A stretch of 64,000 bases of DNA from Phycisphaerae bacterium (GTDB lineage: Bacteria; Planctomycetota; Phycisphaerae; JAAYCJ01). Of this stretch, positions 1 to 9,182 are shown piece after piece. How positions within the stretch are numbered: position 1 is the stretch's first letter; every line of letters starts with the position of its first letter. The notes beneath the pieces are model-generated. The model saw only the letters and a list, made by a program, of their open reading frames with translations. It was not told the origin of the DNA and did no database searches. A program made the translations under genes and the position numbers. The DNA is taken from positions 3,437 to 67,436 of the forward strand of contig JBAZZQ010000004.1 in the NCBI GenBank assembly GCA_041658725.1, in the 5' to 3' direction.

Positions 1-1
1 G

Positions 2-826
2 GTCAATAAGCTGCGGGGTATTTTGAATATTTGCGCCATCAAAGCCCCTGGATTCGGCGACCGACGAAAAGCCATGCTGGGCGATATCGCGGTGCTGACC
101 GGCGGTGAATTGATCAGCGAAGACCTGGGTCTGAAGCTTGAGAACGTCGAAGTCTCACAACTCGGCCGGGCTCGCCGCGTGGTGATCGATAAGGATAATA
201 CCACGATCATCGAAGGCGTTGGCAAGAAATCCGACATTGCCGCACGGGTCGATCAGATACGTTACCAGATGGAAAAGACTACTAGCGATTATGATCGCGA
301 GAAACTTCAGGAACGGCTGGCGAAATTGACGGGCGGCGTGGCCGTCATCAACGTCGGCGCGACGACGGAAACGGAAATGAAAGAGAAGAAGGACCTCGTG
401 GAAGACGCAGTTCATGCAACACGGGCAGCCGTCGAAGAAGGAATTGTTCCAGGCGGCGGAGTGGTCTTTATCCGTGCTCTCGAAGCGGTCAAAAAGCTTC
501 GTGATAAGCTGGCGGGCGATGAGAAGATCGGGTGCGACATCCTCTCCAAGGCGTTGGAAGCCCCGGCCAAACAGATCGCGGAAAACAGCGGTGTGGACGG
601 CGCGGTGATTGTGGAAGACATCAAGGAAAAGACCGGCAAGATGGGTTATAATGCCGCCACCGGTGAATACGTGGACATGGTCAAGGCCGGGATCATCGAT
701 CCGGCCAAAGTTTCACGAACCGCCCTGCAAAACGCAGCCTCGGTCGCCGGACTGCTCCTGACCACTAACGTAACCATCACCGAGCTAAAAGAAGACAAAA
801 AACCCGTGGTCGGAAGCGTGAGTTAA
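2..826 (+). CDS. groEL: Chaperonin GroEL, C-terminal part (5' end outside window)
   Basis: The frame is open from nt 2. The translation [26 protein letters not shown]...VPGGGVVF...[27 protein letters not shown] matches the conserved GroEL sequence. Confidence 0.95.
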   Translation, partial: VNKLRGILNICAIKAPGFGDRRKAMLGDIAVLTGGELISEDLGLKLENVEVSQLGRARRVVIDKDNTTIIEGVGKKSDIAARVDQIRYQMEKTTSDYDREKLQERLAKLTGGVAVINVGATTETEMKEKKDLVEDAVHATRAAVEEGIVPGGGVVFIRALEAVKKLRDKLAGDEKIGCDILSKALEAPAKQIAENSGVDGAVIVEDIKEKTGKMGYNAATGEYVDMVKAGIIDPAKVSRTALQNAASVAGLLLTTNVTITELKEDKKPVVGSVS

Positions 827-842
827 ATAAAAATCTAAAATA

Positions 843-880
843 GACAGGGAAGGACAAAGACCTTCCCTGTCTTTTCTTTT
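843..880 (+). terminator. Rho-independent terminator after groEL
   Basis: An 11-bp perfect stem gacagggaagg/ccttccctgtc with a 7-nt loop is followed by ttttctttt. Confidence 0.65.
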
Positions 881-1105
881 GGAATTATATTTGGACATCG
901 AATACAAATATAGAGACGCATATAACAACAATAAAGGAACTCTTCCCTGTGAGTCTTTCGATCCCTTTATTCTTCCATTACCGAGAAACCAGAGATAGAA
1001 TTCAAAAAAGATTGCATTACTTTTCGTTATCCCAATGAAGAATGCGAGATTGAATTCCCCGTCAACTATCTTGAAGCGATTGAAAAATATTTGAAAAATG
1101 TCCCC

Positions 1106-1336
1106 CTACGGTAAGGCAAAGACATCCATCTCGATCTTTTTTTCGGGTTTTGTTTGGTCATGTAACATAATACGAATTTTTTCCGCGGTTTCCCGAGAAA
1201 ACGTGGCGTCGCCACACCGTTCGCAAACGGTGGCAGGAATATGTTCCACCAGTACACGTTTATTATTCACCTGGAACATCTCGCTGACATGATCTGAACG
1301 CGATTCGGTATTTCCGCAAATATGACATTTAAACAT
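1106..1336 (-). CDS. YgiT-type (MqsA-like) zinc-finger protein, putative antitoxin
   Basis: MFKCHICG...CERCG forms a CxxC...CxxC zinc ribbon. A strong GGAGGA RBS lies upstream of the ATG at 1336. The gene sits 2 nt downstream of the DUF4258 gene. Confidence 0.6.
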   Translation of the reverse strand: MFKCHICGNTESRSDHVSEMFQVNNKRVLVEHIPATVCERCGDATFSRETAEKIRIMLHDQTKPEKKIEMDVFALP

Positions 1337-1338
1337 GA

Positions 1339-1671
1339 TCACTTCCTCCTCGAATAATCGATCCATTCATCGGGACTTGGTTCGTAGGTCGTAATGATTT
1401 TTGTCATTTCCGTATCAAGCAATGAGACCTGCAAATGCAATGGTCTTCCGGTTTCGGAAAATCCCAACAACAAGCAACTTGGAGAATATTTATCATCGGG
1501 ATAATCTTCAATTAAAATCACATCGCCACCCGCTTGCCTGATTTCCATTTCACTGATGTTTCGCTCTACGACCCGTTTCAGCGCATGGCGAGTAAATTCA
1601 AATTTCCCATCCACCAATTGTTGTCGAATCTCTTCCAGCGATTTCATCGTATTCTCCGCCATATATTCCAA
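1339..1671 (-). CDS. DUF4258-like protein, putative toxin of a type II TA pair
   Basis: The FEFTRHALKRVVERNIS...GRPLHLQV pattern is typical of DUF4258. It is paired with a YgiT zinc-finger gene. Confidence 0.5.
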   Translation of the reverse strand: MEYMAENTMKSLEEIRQQLVDGKFEFTRHALKRVVERNISEMEIRQAGGDVILIEDYPDDKYSPSCLLLGFSETGRPLHLQVSLLDTEMTKIITTYEPSPDEWIDYSRRK

Positions 1672-1839
1672 CCGTTGCCTTTAATTCTATACATGCGGGC
1701 ATAATTATAAAAGTGATTTAAATGTTGGAATTACTTTTGCTGCATTTTTGCCGATAGATGCCTTGCTCAAAAGGTCAGGTTATCATACAATACATCGTTT
1801 AGCTGATTGCGTAACCATGTAAGTTCGGATAAGAAAGAA

Positions 1840-2991
1840 ATGACAGTGACGAGCAAAAAAGACTTTTATGAGATATTGGGTGTTGGGCGGGATTCGACGC
1901 CGGAGCAGATTAAAAAGGCATGGCGGGAGGCGGCGTTGAAACACCATCCGGACCGTGCCAAGGATAACAAGAAGGCGGCGGAGACGAAATTCAAAGAGGC
2001 CGCCGAGGCGTATGAAGTGCTTTCCGACCCGGAGAAGAGACAGTTATACGACACATACGGACCGGAGGGGCTGCGAGGTCATGGGGTTAATACGCATGAC
2101 TTCCGGCATATGGACCTGCGGGAAATTTTCGATATGTTCGGATTGGGGGATATGTTTGGCGGCGGATTCGGGCGGGAGCGTGAAACCGGCCAGGACCTGC
2201 AGACGGAAATTACTATTGCGATGGAAGATGCGGCGACGGGAGTGGAAAAAGAAATCTCCTTCAATCGTGAGGAGATTTGCGAAAAATGTGAAGGTTCGGG
2301 AGCTGAACACGGGACCCCGAAGCATCAGTGCCGGACCTGCGGCGGGTATGGGCAGGTTGAACAGACGACCGGTTTTGGATTTTTTGTCAGCAGGGTGGTG
2401 ACTGCCTGCCCGAAATGCAACGGGAAAGGAGTCATCATTACCACTCCGTGCAAGGACTGCCGTGGCAAGGGCAGGGTCATGCGGAAGAATCAGGTAACCG
2501 TGACCATTCCCGAAGGGATACATGACGGGCAGGTTCTGCGGCTTCGGGGCGAAGGCGAGCCGGGGATGCGGGGGCATCGGGGCGACCTGCATTGCCTGAT
2601 CCACATCAAAACTCACCCGTTTTTGTTCCGGCAGGGGAATGACTTGATTATGGATTTGCCGATCAGTTTTACTCAGGCGGCGTTGGGAGATAAAATTGAA
2701 ATACCGACCCTTTTGAAAAAAGGCGTTCCGCTGGAGATGCATCCCGGCGTTCAGCCGGGGGAAACCATCCGATTGAAAGGAATGGGAATGCCGGATTTGC
2801 GGAGCAAGCGGTCGGGAGATTTGATTGTGCGGCTGATTGTGGAAATCCCCAAGAAATTGTCGGACGAGCAGGCACATCTGCTGCGGGAATTCGCGAAAAT
2901 GGAAAAACAAAGCGACGATATGATGCCGCATACCAGCGGTTTTTGGGAAAAGATCAAACAATATTTCAGTACCCAGGGAAGCGACAAATAA
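1840..2991 (+). CDS. dnaJ: Molecular chaperone DnaJ
   Basis: It has a J domain (DFYEILGV...HHPDR), a G/F-rich linker, and four CxxCxGxG zinc motifs ([32 protein letters not shown]). Confidence 0.92.
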   Translation: MTVTSKKDFYEILGVGRDSTPEQIKKAWREAALKHHPDRAKDNKKAAETKFKEAAEAYEVLSDPEKRQLYDTYGPEGLRGHGVNTHDFRHMDLREIFDMFGLGDMFGGGFGRERETGQDLQTEITIAMEDAATGVEKEISFNREEICEKCEGSGAEHGTPKHQCRTCGGYGQVEQTTGFGFFVSRVVTACPKCNGKGVIITTPCKDCRGKGRVMRKNQVTVTIPEGIHDGQVLRLRGEGEPGMRGHRGDLHCLIHIKTHPFLFRQGNDLIMDLPISFTQAALGDKIEIPTLLKKGVPLEMHPGVQPGETIRLKGMGMPDLRSKRSGDLIVRLIVEIPKKLSDEQAHLLREFAKMEKQSDDMMPHTSGFWEKIKQYFSTQGSDK

Positions 2992-3014
2992 ACGTAATCT
3001 GGGGGAAATAGAAA

Positions 3015-3629
3015 ATGGATATGAAAGAAAAAGAAAAAAAGACGCAAGATGCCGCCAATCCGGAAGAAACCGAAATCAGCGAAACCTCGGAAACTCTGGA
3101 TATGAAGGTTAAGGCGATTCAAGAGGAACGGGACCAGATTTTCGCCCGGCTGCAGCGGTCGGTTGCGGATATGCAAAACTACCAGAAGCGCGCGGTTAAG
3201 GATCGCCAGGAGGCGGTGCAGCGAGCGGAACTCGGCACGATCGAACGGTTCCTGTTTCCCCTGATCGATGATCTGGACCGCGCTTTAAAGGCGGCGAGCG
3301 ATCATGGGTATAAAAAGGACGATCCGCTGTTCCACGGAGTGAACCTGGTTCTGCAGCATGCGTTTGGGCAACTTCGGCAAATAAACATCGAACCGATTGA
3401 GGCGGAAGGAAAATTGTTCGATCCTCTGGTACATGAAGCGGTCATGGAATTGCCGGAAGAAAAGCTTCCCGAAAATACCATCATCCAAATCGTCACCCGC
3501 GGTTACCGGCAGGAGGGAAAAACCATTCGCCCGGCTCGCGTGGTGATCGCCAAACCGCCTAAAGAAACAAAAACAGAAACTCAAAGCCGTCCGCGAGATG
3601 GTGAAGTTTCAGATAAAGACAAGGAGTAG
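3015..3629 (+). CDS. grpE: Nucleotide exchange factor GrpE
   Basis: The LQRSVADMQNYQKR...FLFPLIDDLDRAL...FDPLVHEAV...GYRQEGKTIRPARVVI pattern is GrpE-like. Confidence 0.9.
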   Translation: MDMKEKEKKTQDAANPEETEISETSETLDMKVKAIQEERDQIFARLQRSVADMQNYQKRAVKDRQEAVQRAELGTIERFLFPLIDDLDRALKAASDHGYKKDDPLFHGVNLVLQHAFGQLRQINIEPIEAEGKLFDPLVHEAVMELPEEKLPENTIIQIVTRGYRQEGKTIRPARVVIAKPPKETKTETQSRPRDGEVSDKDKE

Positions 3630-3638
3630 GAAGAAATC

Positions 3639-3965
3639 ATGCCGACTTATGATTACGAGTGCCAGGCTTGCAGCCATAAATTCGAATCCTTTCAGTCTAT
3701 TAAAGCCGCTCCCATTAAAATTTGCCCGGTTTGCGGAAAATCCAAAGTCCGCCGATTGATCGGAAGCGGCGGCGGATTGATTTTTAAAGGATCGGGATTT
3801 TACTGCACCGACTACCGCGACAGCGGGTATAAGACTTCGTGCGATAAGGAAAAAAGCTCATCGACTACGGAAACAAAATCCACCGAGACAAAATCTACTG
3901 AGACAAAATCTACCACCACCGAAAGTAAAACGGAAACCAAGAGTAGTGAGGCGAAGAAAGATTAA
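3639..3965 (+). CDS. FmdB-family CxxC zinc-ribbon protein with a repetitive TETKS tail
   Basis: MPTYDYECQACSHKFE...CPVCG is the FmdB signature. The C-terminus carries tandem TETKS repeats. Confidence 0.7.
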   Translation: MPTYDYECQACSHKFESFQSIKAAPIKICPVCGKSKVRRLIGSGGGLIFKGSGFYCTDYRDSGYKTSCDKEKSSSTTETKSTETKSTETKSTTTESKTETKSSEAKKD

Positions 3966-4060
3966 GAATCTATGGTGCTTCGATTTCTTACATTATGAGG
4001 TTTACAAGATTCACTTTATTTACCTATAATATAAAGAGGTAAGATAACGAGGAGTGTATT

Positions 4061-4264
4061 ATGGCTGTCCAAGTTGAAAATTATGTGGTCAACAAAAAAG
4101 GCAAACCTGTGGCCGTTTTAGTTCCGATGCGACGGTACCGTAAGTTCCTGGAAGCCATGGAAGAACTCCAGGATGTTCAGGCCTATGATCGTGCCAAAGA
4201 TCGAAAAGATGATTTGCTCCCCCTTAATGAAGCTTTTAAATTGATCGAGCAACGTCGAAAATGA
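4061..4264 (+). CDS. Phd/YefM-family antitoxin
   Basis: The protein is small (67 aa) with KGKPVAVLVPMRRY...ELQD. It overlaps the downstream toxin gene by 4 bp. Confidence 0.7.
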   Translation: MAVQVENYVVNKKGKPVAVLVPMRRYRKFLEAMEELQDVQAYDRAKDRKDDLLPLNEAFKLIEQRRK

Positions 4265-4515
4265 ACTATACGATTTTCATAACCCGAACTGCCACCAAGA
4301 ATCTGAATAATTTCAACCAGCGGGATTACCTGCGAATCAAACGTACCTTGCTTGCCTTGAGCGATAATCCAAGATCAACGGGAAGTAAAAAATTAATCAA
4401 TAGACCGGGGTGGAGAATACGCGTCGGAAAATTCAGAATTATTTACGAAATAGACGATTCCCAAAAAGAGATTGTTATCCTCGATATCGATCACCGAAAA
4501 GATATTTATCGATAA
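4261..4515 (+). CDS. RelE/ParE-family toxin
   Basis: The 84-aa protein has GWRIRVGKFRIIYEIDD...IVILDIDHRKDIY, typical of RelE/ParE. It forms an ATGA overlap with the antitoxin gene. Confidence 0.75.
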   Translation: MNYTIFITRTATKNLNNFNQRDYLRIKRTLLALSDNPRSTGSKKLINRPGWRIRVGKFRIIYEIDDSQKEIVILDIDHRKDIYR

Positions 4516-4629
4516 CCCACCGGTACGGGGCCCAACGGCCCAACCTTTTCGAACATTTTATCTTGACATCTCATAGAAGCACCAAGATCATTGCCACGCG
4601 AGAATGTAATATCTTTGGGATCATGAACT

Positions 4630-5589
4630 ATGAAATCCAGACTTCACAATAGAACCGCCATTATATTCTGCCTCCTGCTGTTTTTCGGAGGCTGCACAGC
4701 AGTATCTCGAAGTGATTCCCAAAAGCTGGTTAAGCTCCAGCGAAATATCGAACAGTTTTCTTGTAGGGCCGAAGGGCGCGTAGGTGTTGCGATCTGCTTA
4801 CTCGAGACTTACGAGACTATCGACATTGCCGGGGATGAGCGGTTTCCCATGCAGAGCGTCTATAAGATGCCCATCGCTATGGCCGTCCTTCACAATGTTG
4901 ACGTTGGTTGTCTGCACCTGGACGAGTGTATTGAGGTTGGCCGGGAGGAACTCGCTGCCGGCTCCCTCTACAGCCCAATCCGCGATAAGTTCCCCTCTGG
5001 AACGAAGCTCACGGTCCGGCAATTAATCCACTACGCCGTCTCAGAGAGCGACAACGTCGCTTGCGACATTTTGCTTCATCTCGCCGGCGGCCCGCAGTGC
5101 GTAACCGACTACCTTAGAGGCCTTGGACTGGATGAAGTCATGGTAGCCACCACTGAGAGAGAAATGACGGCTAATAATGCCCTGCAATATCGCAACTGGG
5201 CAACTCCTCGCGGGGCGTTGAAGATGCTGGCGGTTTTTCACGCAGGTGCCGGGCTGTCACCGCAGAGTCACGCGGTTCTGAATGAAGCATTGGCGGGAGT
5301 AGTTACGGGGCCTCGTCGCATCAAAGGATTACTACCGCCGGGCACTACCGTAGTTCACAAGACGGGTACATCGGGAACCATGGCTGGCCGTACTGCAGCC
5401 ACGAACGATATCGGTATTATCACGCTCCCTAATGGCAAACATCTCGCGATCGCCGTATTCATTAACGATTCTGCTGCCGATATAGAAAGTCGTGAATCAA
5501 CAATCGCCCGAATTGCCCGCGCCGCTTATGATTTTTTTACTCAAAGGCTTAAGTTCACGACGTTGCAGGCTACCCATAAAGGTCGTTGA
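4630..5589 (+). CDS. Class A beta-lactamase-like serine hydrolase (lipoprotein-like signal)
   Basis: It carries SxxK (QSVYK), SDN (SESDN) and KTG (HKTGTS) motifs in the correct order. The N-terminus is hydrophobic and ends in GGC. Confidence 0.75.
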   Translation: MKSRLHNRTAIIFCLLLFFGGCTAVSRSDSQKLVKLQRNIEQFSCRAEGRVGVAICLLETYETIDIAGDERFPMQSVYKMPIAMAVLHNVDVGCLHLDECIEVGREELAAGSLYSPIRDKFPSGTKLTVRQLIHYAVSESDNVACDILLHLAGGPQCVTDYLRGLGLDEVMVATTEREMTANNALQYRNWATPRGALKMLAVFHAGAGLSPQSHAVLNEALAGVVTGPRRIKGLLPPGTTVVHKTGTSGTMAGRTAATNDIGIITLPNGKHLAIAVFINDSAADIESRESTIARIARAAYDFFTQRLKFTTLQATHKGR

Positions 5590-5724
5590 TGTTCCTCAAA
5601 TCGGATGGTATGCTGATAGGCGGAAAATCAACATGGGAGGAAGGAGGATTAAGAGACTCTTCGTGGAATCTTTTAAATTGATTGAGCGGCGTCAAAAGGG
5701 AAATTAACGTTCCGCGCTGGCTGT

Positions 5725-5840
5725 GGCGATTCTTATTGCCCGTATCTTTTCTTTCTGTCATGTTGAGCACAGCGAAACATCTGGCAACTACACCATGAGG
5801 CTAGATCCTTCGCTGCGCTCAGGATGACAGAGTAGAGACG
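5725..5840. repeat. Left copy of a ~116-bp internally palindromic repeat flanking the 5869-6996 gene
   Basis: Its reverse complement matches 7152-7267 with about 10 mismatches by eye. It has internal arms tgtcatgttgagcacagcgaaacatc / gatccttcgctgcgctcaggatgaca. Confidence 0.8.
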
Positions 5841-5868
5841 CATTGCATGCCACCAACCTACTCTACAG

Positions 5869-6996
5869 CTAAGTTGTTTTTGCTGTTCGTAATTTGGATG
5901 TCAATTTCCAAAAAAGTCGAGCGCCGTGGGTACATTGCCGAATGATCCACAATAAACAAAAGAACAAAAAGATATATCGCAGACAAAAGAGAATATTCGG
6001 ATAGGGTGTATTTGAAATCAAAATGGTGTTGTGAGGAATATGTTTAAGCATCTTACTCTCGTTGAGCCAAGATTCTTCAATCCCCATTGGATCTTTTTTG
6101 TAAATTGATTTCCATGTCTTATTGCTATTCTTAAAAAAAGAAAGTTCATTTATGTAGATTCTAAGTTTATCCTTTCCATACTTGCTGATTAAAAAAGCTG
6201 TAAAACTCCGGGCATGCGCATATTGCAGAGCCGCCGATCTTGGATTCAAACCTACGATTGACCATCGCCCAATAGAGACCAATGAAGTTACCATCACAAC
6301 CCTTGGCTCCGGCAACGCTTCCAGATACGGCATTAACTTATTCTCAGATGCCCAAGTGGTATCTCCCAGATATGTGGCAATTCCTTCATCCAGCCATGTG
6401 GGGACGAGAAAGGACGAAAAGTAGCCTTTGGTTCGGCGTAGATACACGTGACTCATTTCATGCGCAATCACGGCGGCGAGGTTGAGATCGCCTATGCCCT
6501 TCGGATTTAGAAGAATGTTCTCTACCATTTCACAGGAATTGCCTCCAGCACCTAAAGACAATTGCTTGTAGCGACTGCGAGAATTACACAAGTAAATGCT
6601 GACGTTTTCTTCTCTGTCAGGTAATTTGCCCCAGAAAGTTTGCGATTTCAATTGAGCCTCATTTGCATACGCCGATATTTTATTGATGAGATCATTCGGT
6701 GTACCATCGTCGTAACAAACCCGGATATTATTTTGTTGTACAGAATGGAAACCCAGATTGGCGGGAAGGATAAGAACCCTTCCGGGTCCCCAGATAAGAA
6801 TCCACGCTAAACTAACTATGCCCAATAAATCAATGACTCGTATAGACCATCTTTGAAATCGCGAATCGTTTTTCGTTGGGGGGGCGGCAGTTACCCACCG
6901 ATACAAGGAATAAAACCCTTTGATGGCAATAATTCTGCACCAATCAAGTATGTCTTTTCTACGCTTATTAGTTTCTAGCATTGTTGCCTCCACCAA
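5869..6996 (-). CDS. Membrane-associated HExxH (gluzincin-like) metallopeptidase, family unassigned
   Basis: AHEMSHV is followed 21 residues later by WLDEG. There are hydrophobic segments near both termini. The gene is visibly AT-richer than its flanks. Confidence 0.45.
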   Translation of the reverse strand: MVEATMLETNKRRKDILDWCRIIAIKGFYSLYRWVTAAPPTKNDSRFQRWSIRVIDLLGIVSLAWILIWGPGRVLILPANLGFHSVQQNNIRVCYDDGTPNDLINKISAYANEAQLKSQTFWGKLPDREENVSIYLCNSRSRYKQLSLGAGGNSCEMVENILLNPKGIGDLNLAAVIAHEMSHVYLRRTKGYFSSFLVPTWLDEGIATYLGDTTWASENKLMPYLEALPEPRVVMVTSLVSIGRWSIVGLNPRSAALQYAHARSFTAFLISKYGKDKLRIYINELSFFKNSNKTWKSIYKKDPMGIEESWLNESKMLKHIPHNTILISNTPYPNILFCLRYIFLFFCLLWIIRQCTHGARLFWKLTSKLRTAKTT

Positions 6997-7151
6997 ATTG
7001 ACTGACCGATATATCCCAAATAATCCTACCCGTCTACACTATCAGGCGATAATTCCATTATTATATAATACAACGTCGCCCTCCATTACGTTCCCATTTT
7101 TTTGTTTTTTCCGAGTTTTGTAGAAAGTTCATATTGTCAGAGGTAGCCCCA

Positions 7152-7267
7152 CGTCTCTACTCTGTCATCCTAAGCGCAGCGAAGGAACTAGCCACATGGT
7201 GTAGTTGCCGGATGTTTCGCTGCGCTCAACCTGACAGAAAGAAAAGACACGGGCAATAAGAATTGCC
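7152..7267. repeat. Right copy (inverted) of the ~116-bp palindromic repeat
   Basis: This is the reverse complement of 5725-5840. Confidence 0.8.
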
Positions 7268-7385
7268 CATGCCACCCAACGCCGTGAACTTGACGGTTAT
7301 GTATTATATAAAGGTCGTTGATGTACATAGAATCGGCGGGTATGCTTTACTGGTAGTATGAAAGATAATGTAGGAGAAGGTTGTC

Positions 7386-9101
7386 ATGAAAAATCACGAG
7401 ATTGCCAATATTTTCAACCAGATGGCCGACCTGCTGGAGCTTTCGGGAGAAAACGTTTTTCGGGTTAATTCATATCGGAACGCGGCGAGAATTATCGACG
7501 AATTGCCGCAGGACGTGGCCGAGTTGGACAAGGGCGGGAAACTGGCGGAGATTTCCGGGATCGGGGAACGGTCGGTGCAGAAGATCGAGGAATATATTCG
7601 CACTGGGAAAATCGGGGCGTATGAAGAACTCATAAAAAAAATCCCGCCGAAATTGCCGGAGCTTTTGAAGATTCCCGGTATGGGGCCCAAGACGGTGGCG
7701 CTGGCGTGGAAAGAGTTGGGGGTGGAAGATATTGAGAGTTTGCGGAAGGCTATTACCGGCGGCCACCTTGCGAAACTTTCGGGGATGGGAGCCAGGAAAA
7801 TTGAAAATATTCAAAAAGGGCTGGACTTTCTTGCCAAAAACGCCGGCAGGAATACGCTGGGAATAGCACTGCCGAGGACATGTGAACTGGTGGATGCACT
7901 GAAAACGATTTCCGGAATAACACGAGTAGAAGTGGCGGGTTCCCTTCGGCGTTGGGCGGAGACAGTCGGGGATTTGGATATTCTGGTCGAGTCGTCGGAT
8001 GGTGAGAAGGCGTTGAAAAAGTTTTCAGAATTCGAACAGGTCAGGGAAGTGCTGGCGTTGGGAGATACCAAGGCCTCGGTGCGAATCGTCGATGAAATCC
8101 AGGTGGATGTTCGGGTAGTGCCGAAGGAAAGCTTCGGGGCGGCGTGGATGTATTTTACGGGGAGTAAATCGCATAATATTCGTCTTCGCGAAGTGGCGAT
8201 TAAAAATAAATGGAAACTCAATGAATATGGATTGTTTTCGGGCGATAAGTCCATCGGCGGGGAGACGGAAGAATCGATTTATAAAAAACTAGGTCTGCCG
8301 TGGATTCCGCCGGAGTTGCGGGAGGACCGTGGGGAAATCGAACATGCCCACGATCTGCCGAAATTGCTGGAACTAAGCGATATCAAAGGCGATCTGCATA
8401 TACACACGATGGCCAGCGACGGTCGAAGCACGATTGAGGAAATGGTCGAGGCGTGCATTGCCCGCGGGTATAAATACATTTGCATCACGGATCATTCGCC
8501 CAGCGAAAGAATCGCCAACGGGTTGGACGAAAAACGTTTGCTGGAGCATATCAAACAGGTGCGTAAAACGAGAGAAAAATCTAAAAAGGATATCATCGTT
8601 TTGGCTGGGTCGGAGGTGGATATCCTGGCGGATGGCTCGCTGGATTACAAGGATGAGATTTTAAAGGAGCTGGATTTTGTGATCGGGTCGGTCCATTCGG
8701 GTCTGGGGAATCCTGAAGAAAAAATGACGAGCCGGATTTTAAAGGCGATGGACAATCCGCACGTGCGGATGATCGGACATCTGACGGGCCGGCTGATCGG
8801 TGAGCGTGAACCATCGAACGTGGACGTGAGCAAAGTAATCAAACATGCCGCCGAGACTAATACGTGGCTGGAACTTAACGCTTCCTGGCGGCGACTCGAT
8901 TTGAAGGACGTTCATTGCCGGGAGGCGAAAGAGCAGGGGGTGAAAATTGTCATCTGTACCGACTCGCATGATATTTCCCAGCTTGACCAAATGCGGTTCG
9001 GCGTGTACACTGCCAGACGCGGATGGATCGAAGCTAAAGACGTGGTCAATACCCTGGCGGCGGAGAAATTTGTTTCGCTGTTGGAAAAAGGGAAGAAATA
9101 A
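7386..9101 (+). CDS. polX: DNA polymerase/3'-5' exonuclease PolX (Pol-beta-like plus PHP domain)
   Basis: It has N-terminal HhH motifs, the nucleotidyltransferase motif GSLRRWAETVGDLDILV, and the C-terminal PHP motif GDLHIHTMASDG...ICITDHS. Confidence 0.9.
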   Translation: MKNHEIANIFNQMADLLELSGENVFRVNSYRNAARIIDELPQDVAELDKGGKLAEISGIGERSVQKIEEYIRTGKIGAYEELIKKIPPKLPELLKIPGMGPKTVALAWKELGVEDIESLRKAITGGHLAKLSGMGARKIENIQKGLDFLAKNAGRNTLGIALPRTCELVDALKTISGITRVEVAGSLRRWAETVGDLDILVESSDGEKALKKFSEFEQVREVLALGDTKASVRIVDEIQVDVRVVPKESFGAAWMYFTGSKSHNIRLREVAIKNKWKLNEYGLFSGDKSIGGETEESIYKKLGLPWIPPELREDRGEIEHAHDLPKLLELSDIKGDLHIHTMASDGRSTIEEMVEACIARGYKYICITDHSPSERIANGLDEKRLLEHIKQVRKTREKSKKDIIVLAGSEVDILADGSLDYKDEILKELDFVIGSVHSGLGNPEEKMTSRILKAMDNPHVRMIGHLTGRLIGEREPSNVDVSKVIKHAAETNTWLELNASWRRLDLKDVHCREAKEQGVKIVICTDSHDISQLDQMRFGVYTARRGWIEAKDVVNTLAAEKFVSLLEKGKK

Positions 9102-9134
9102 TTTAATGGCGAGTGAATGCAGAAGAATAAGAAA

Positions 9135-9161
9135 GAACCCCCGATTACCATCGGGGGCTAG
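9135..9161. repeat. Dispersed hairpin repeat gaacccccgattaccatcgggggctag (copy 1 of 4)
   Basis: The stem is cccccgat/atcggggg. Identical or near-identical copies lie at 39303, 43021 and 63742, all intergenic and 3' of genes. Confidence 0.85.
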
Positions 9162-9182
9162 TTTTGAGGGTAGAGTTAAAAG

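Noticed and set aside
1672-1839. I searched upstream of dnaJ for a CIRCE (HrcA operator) or sigma-32-type heat-shock promoter.
   Set aside because: There is no TTAGCACTC-N9-GAGTGCTAA-like inverted repeat and no convincing CTTGAAA/CCCCAT pair.
2044-2961. Long antisense or out-of-frame ORFs overlap strong genes. Examples are 2044-2961(-) in dnaJ, 9405-10328(-), 19336-20019(+) in ispG, 23319-24152(+), 21692-22324(-) in gdhA, and 36724-37230(+) in the FKBP gene.
   Set aside because: Each is fully nested in, or opposite to, a gene with clear conserved motifs. Their translations are low-complexity and Arg/Pro/Gly-rich, as expected for shadow frames.
5576-7346. The repeat-flanked metallopeptidase cassette could be called an IS element or transposon.
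   Set aside because: No transposase, integrase or recombinase motif is present in or near it. It is reported only as a repeat-flanked cassette.
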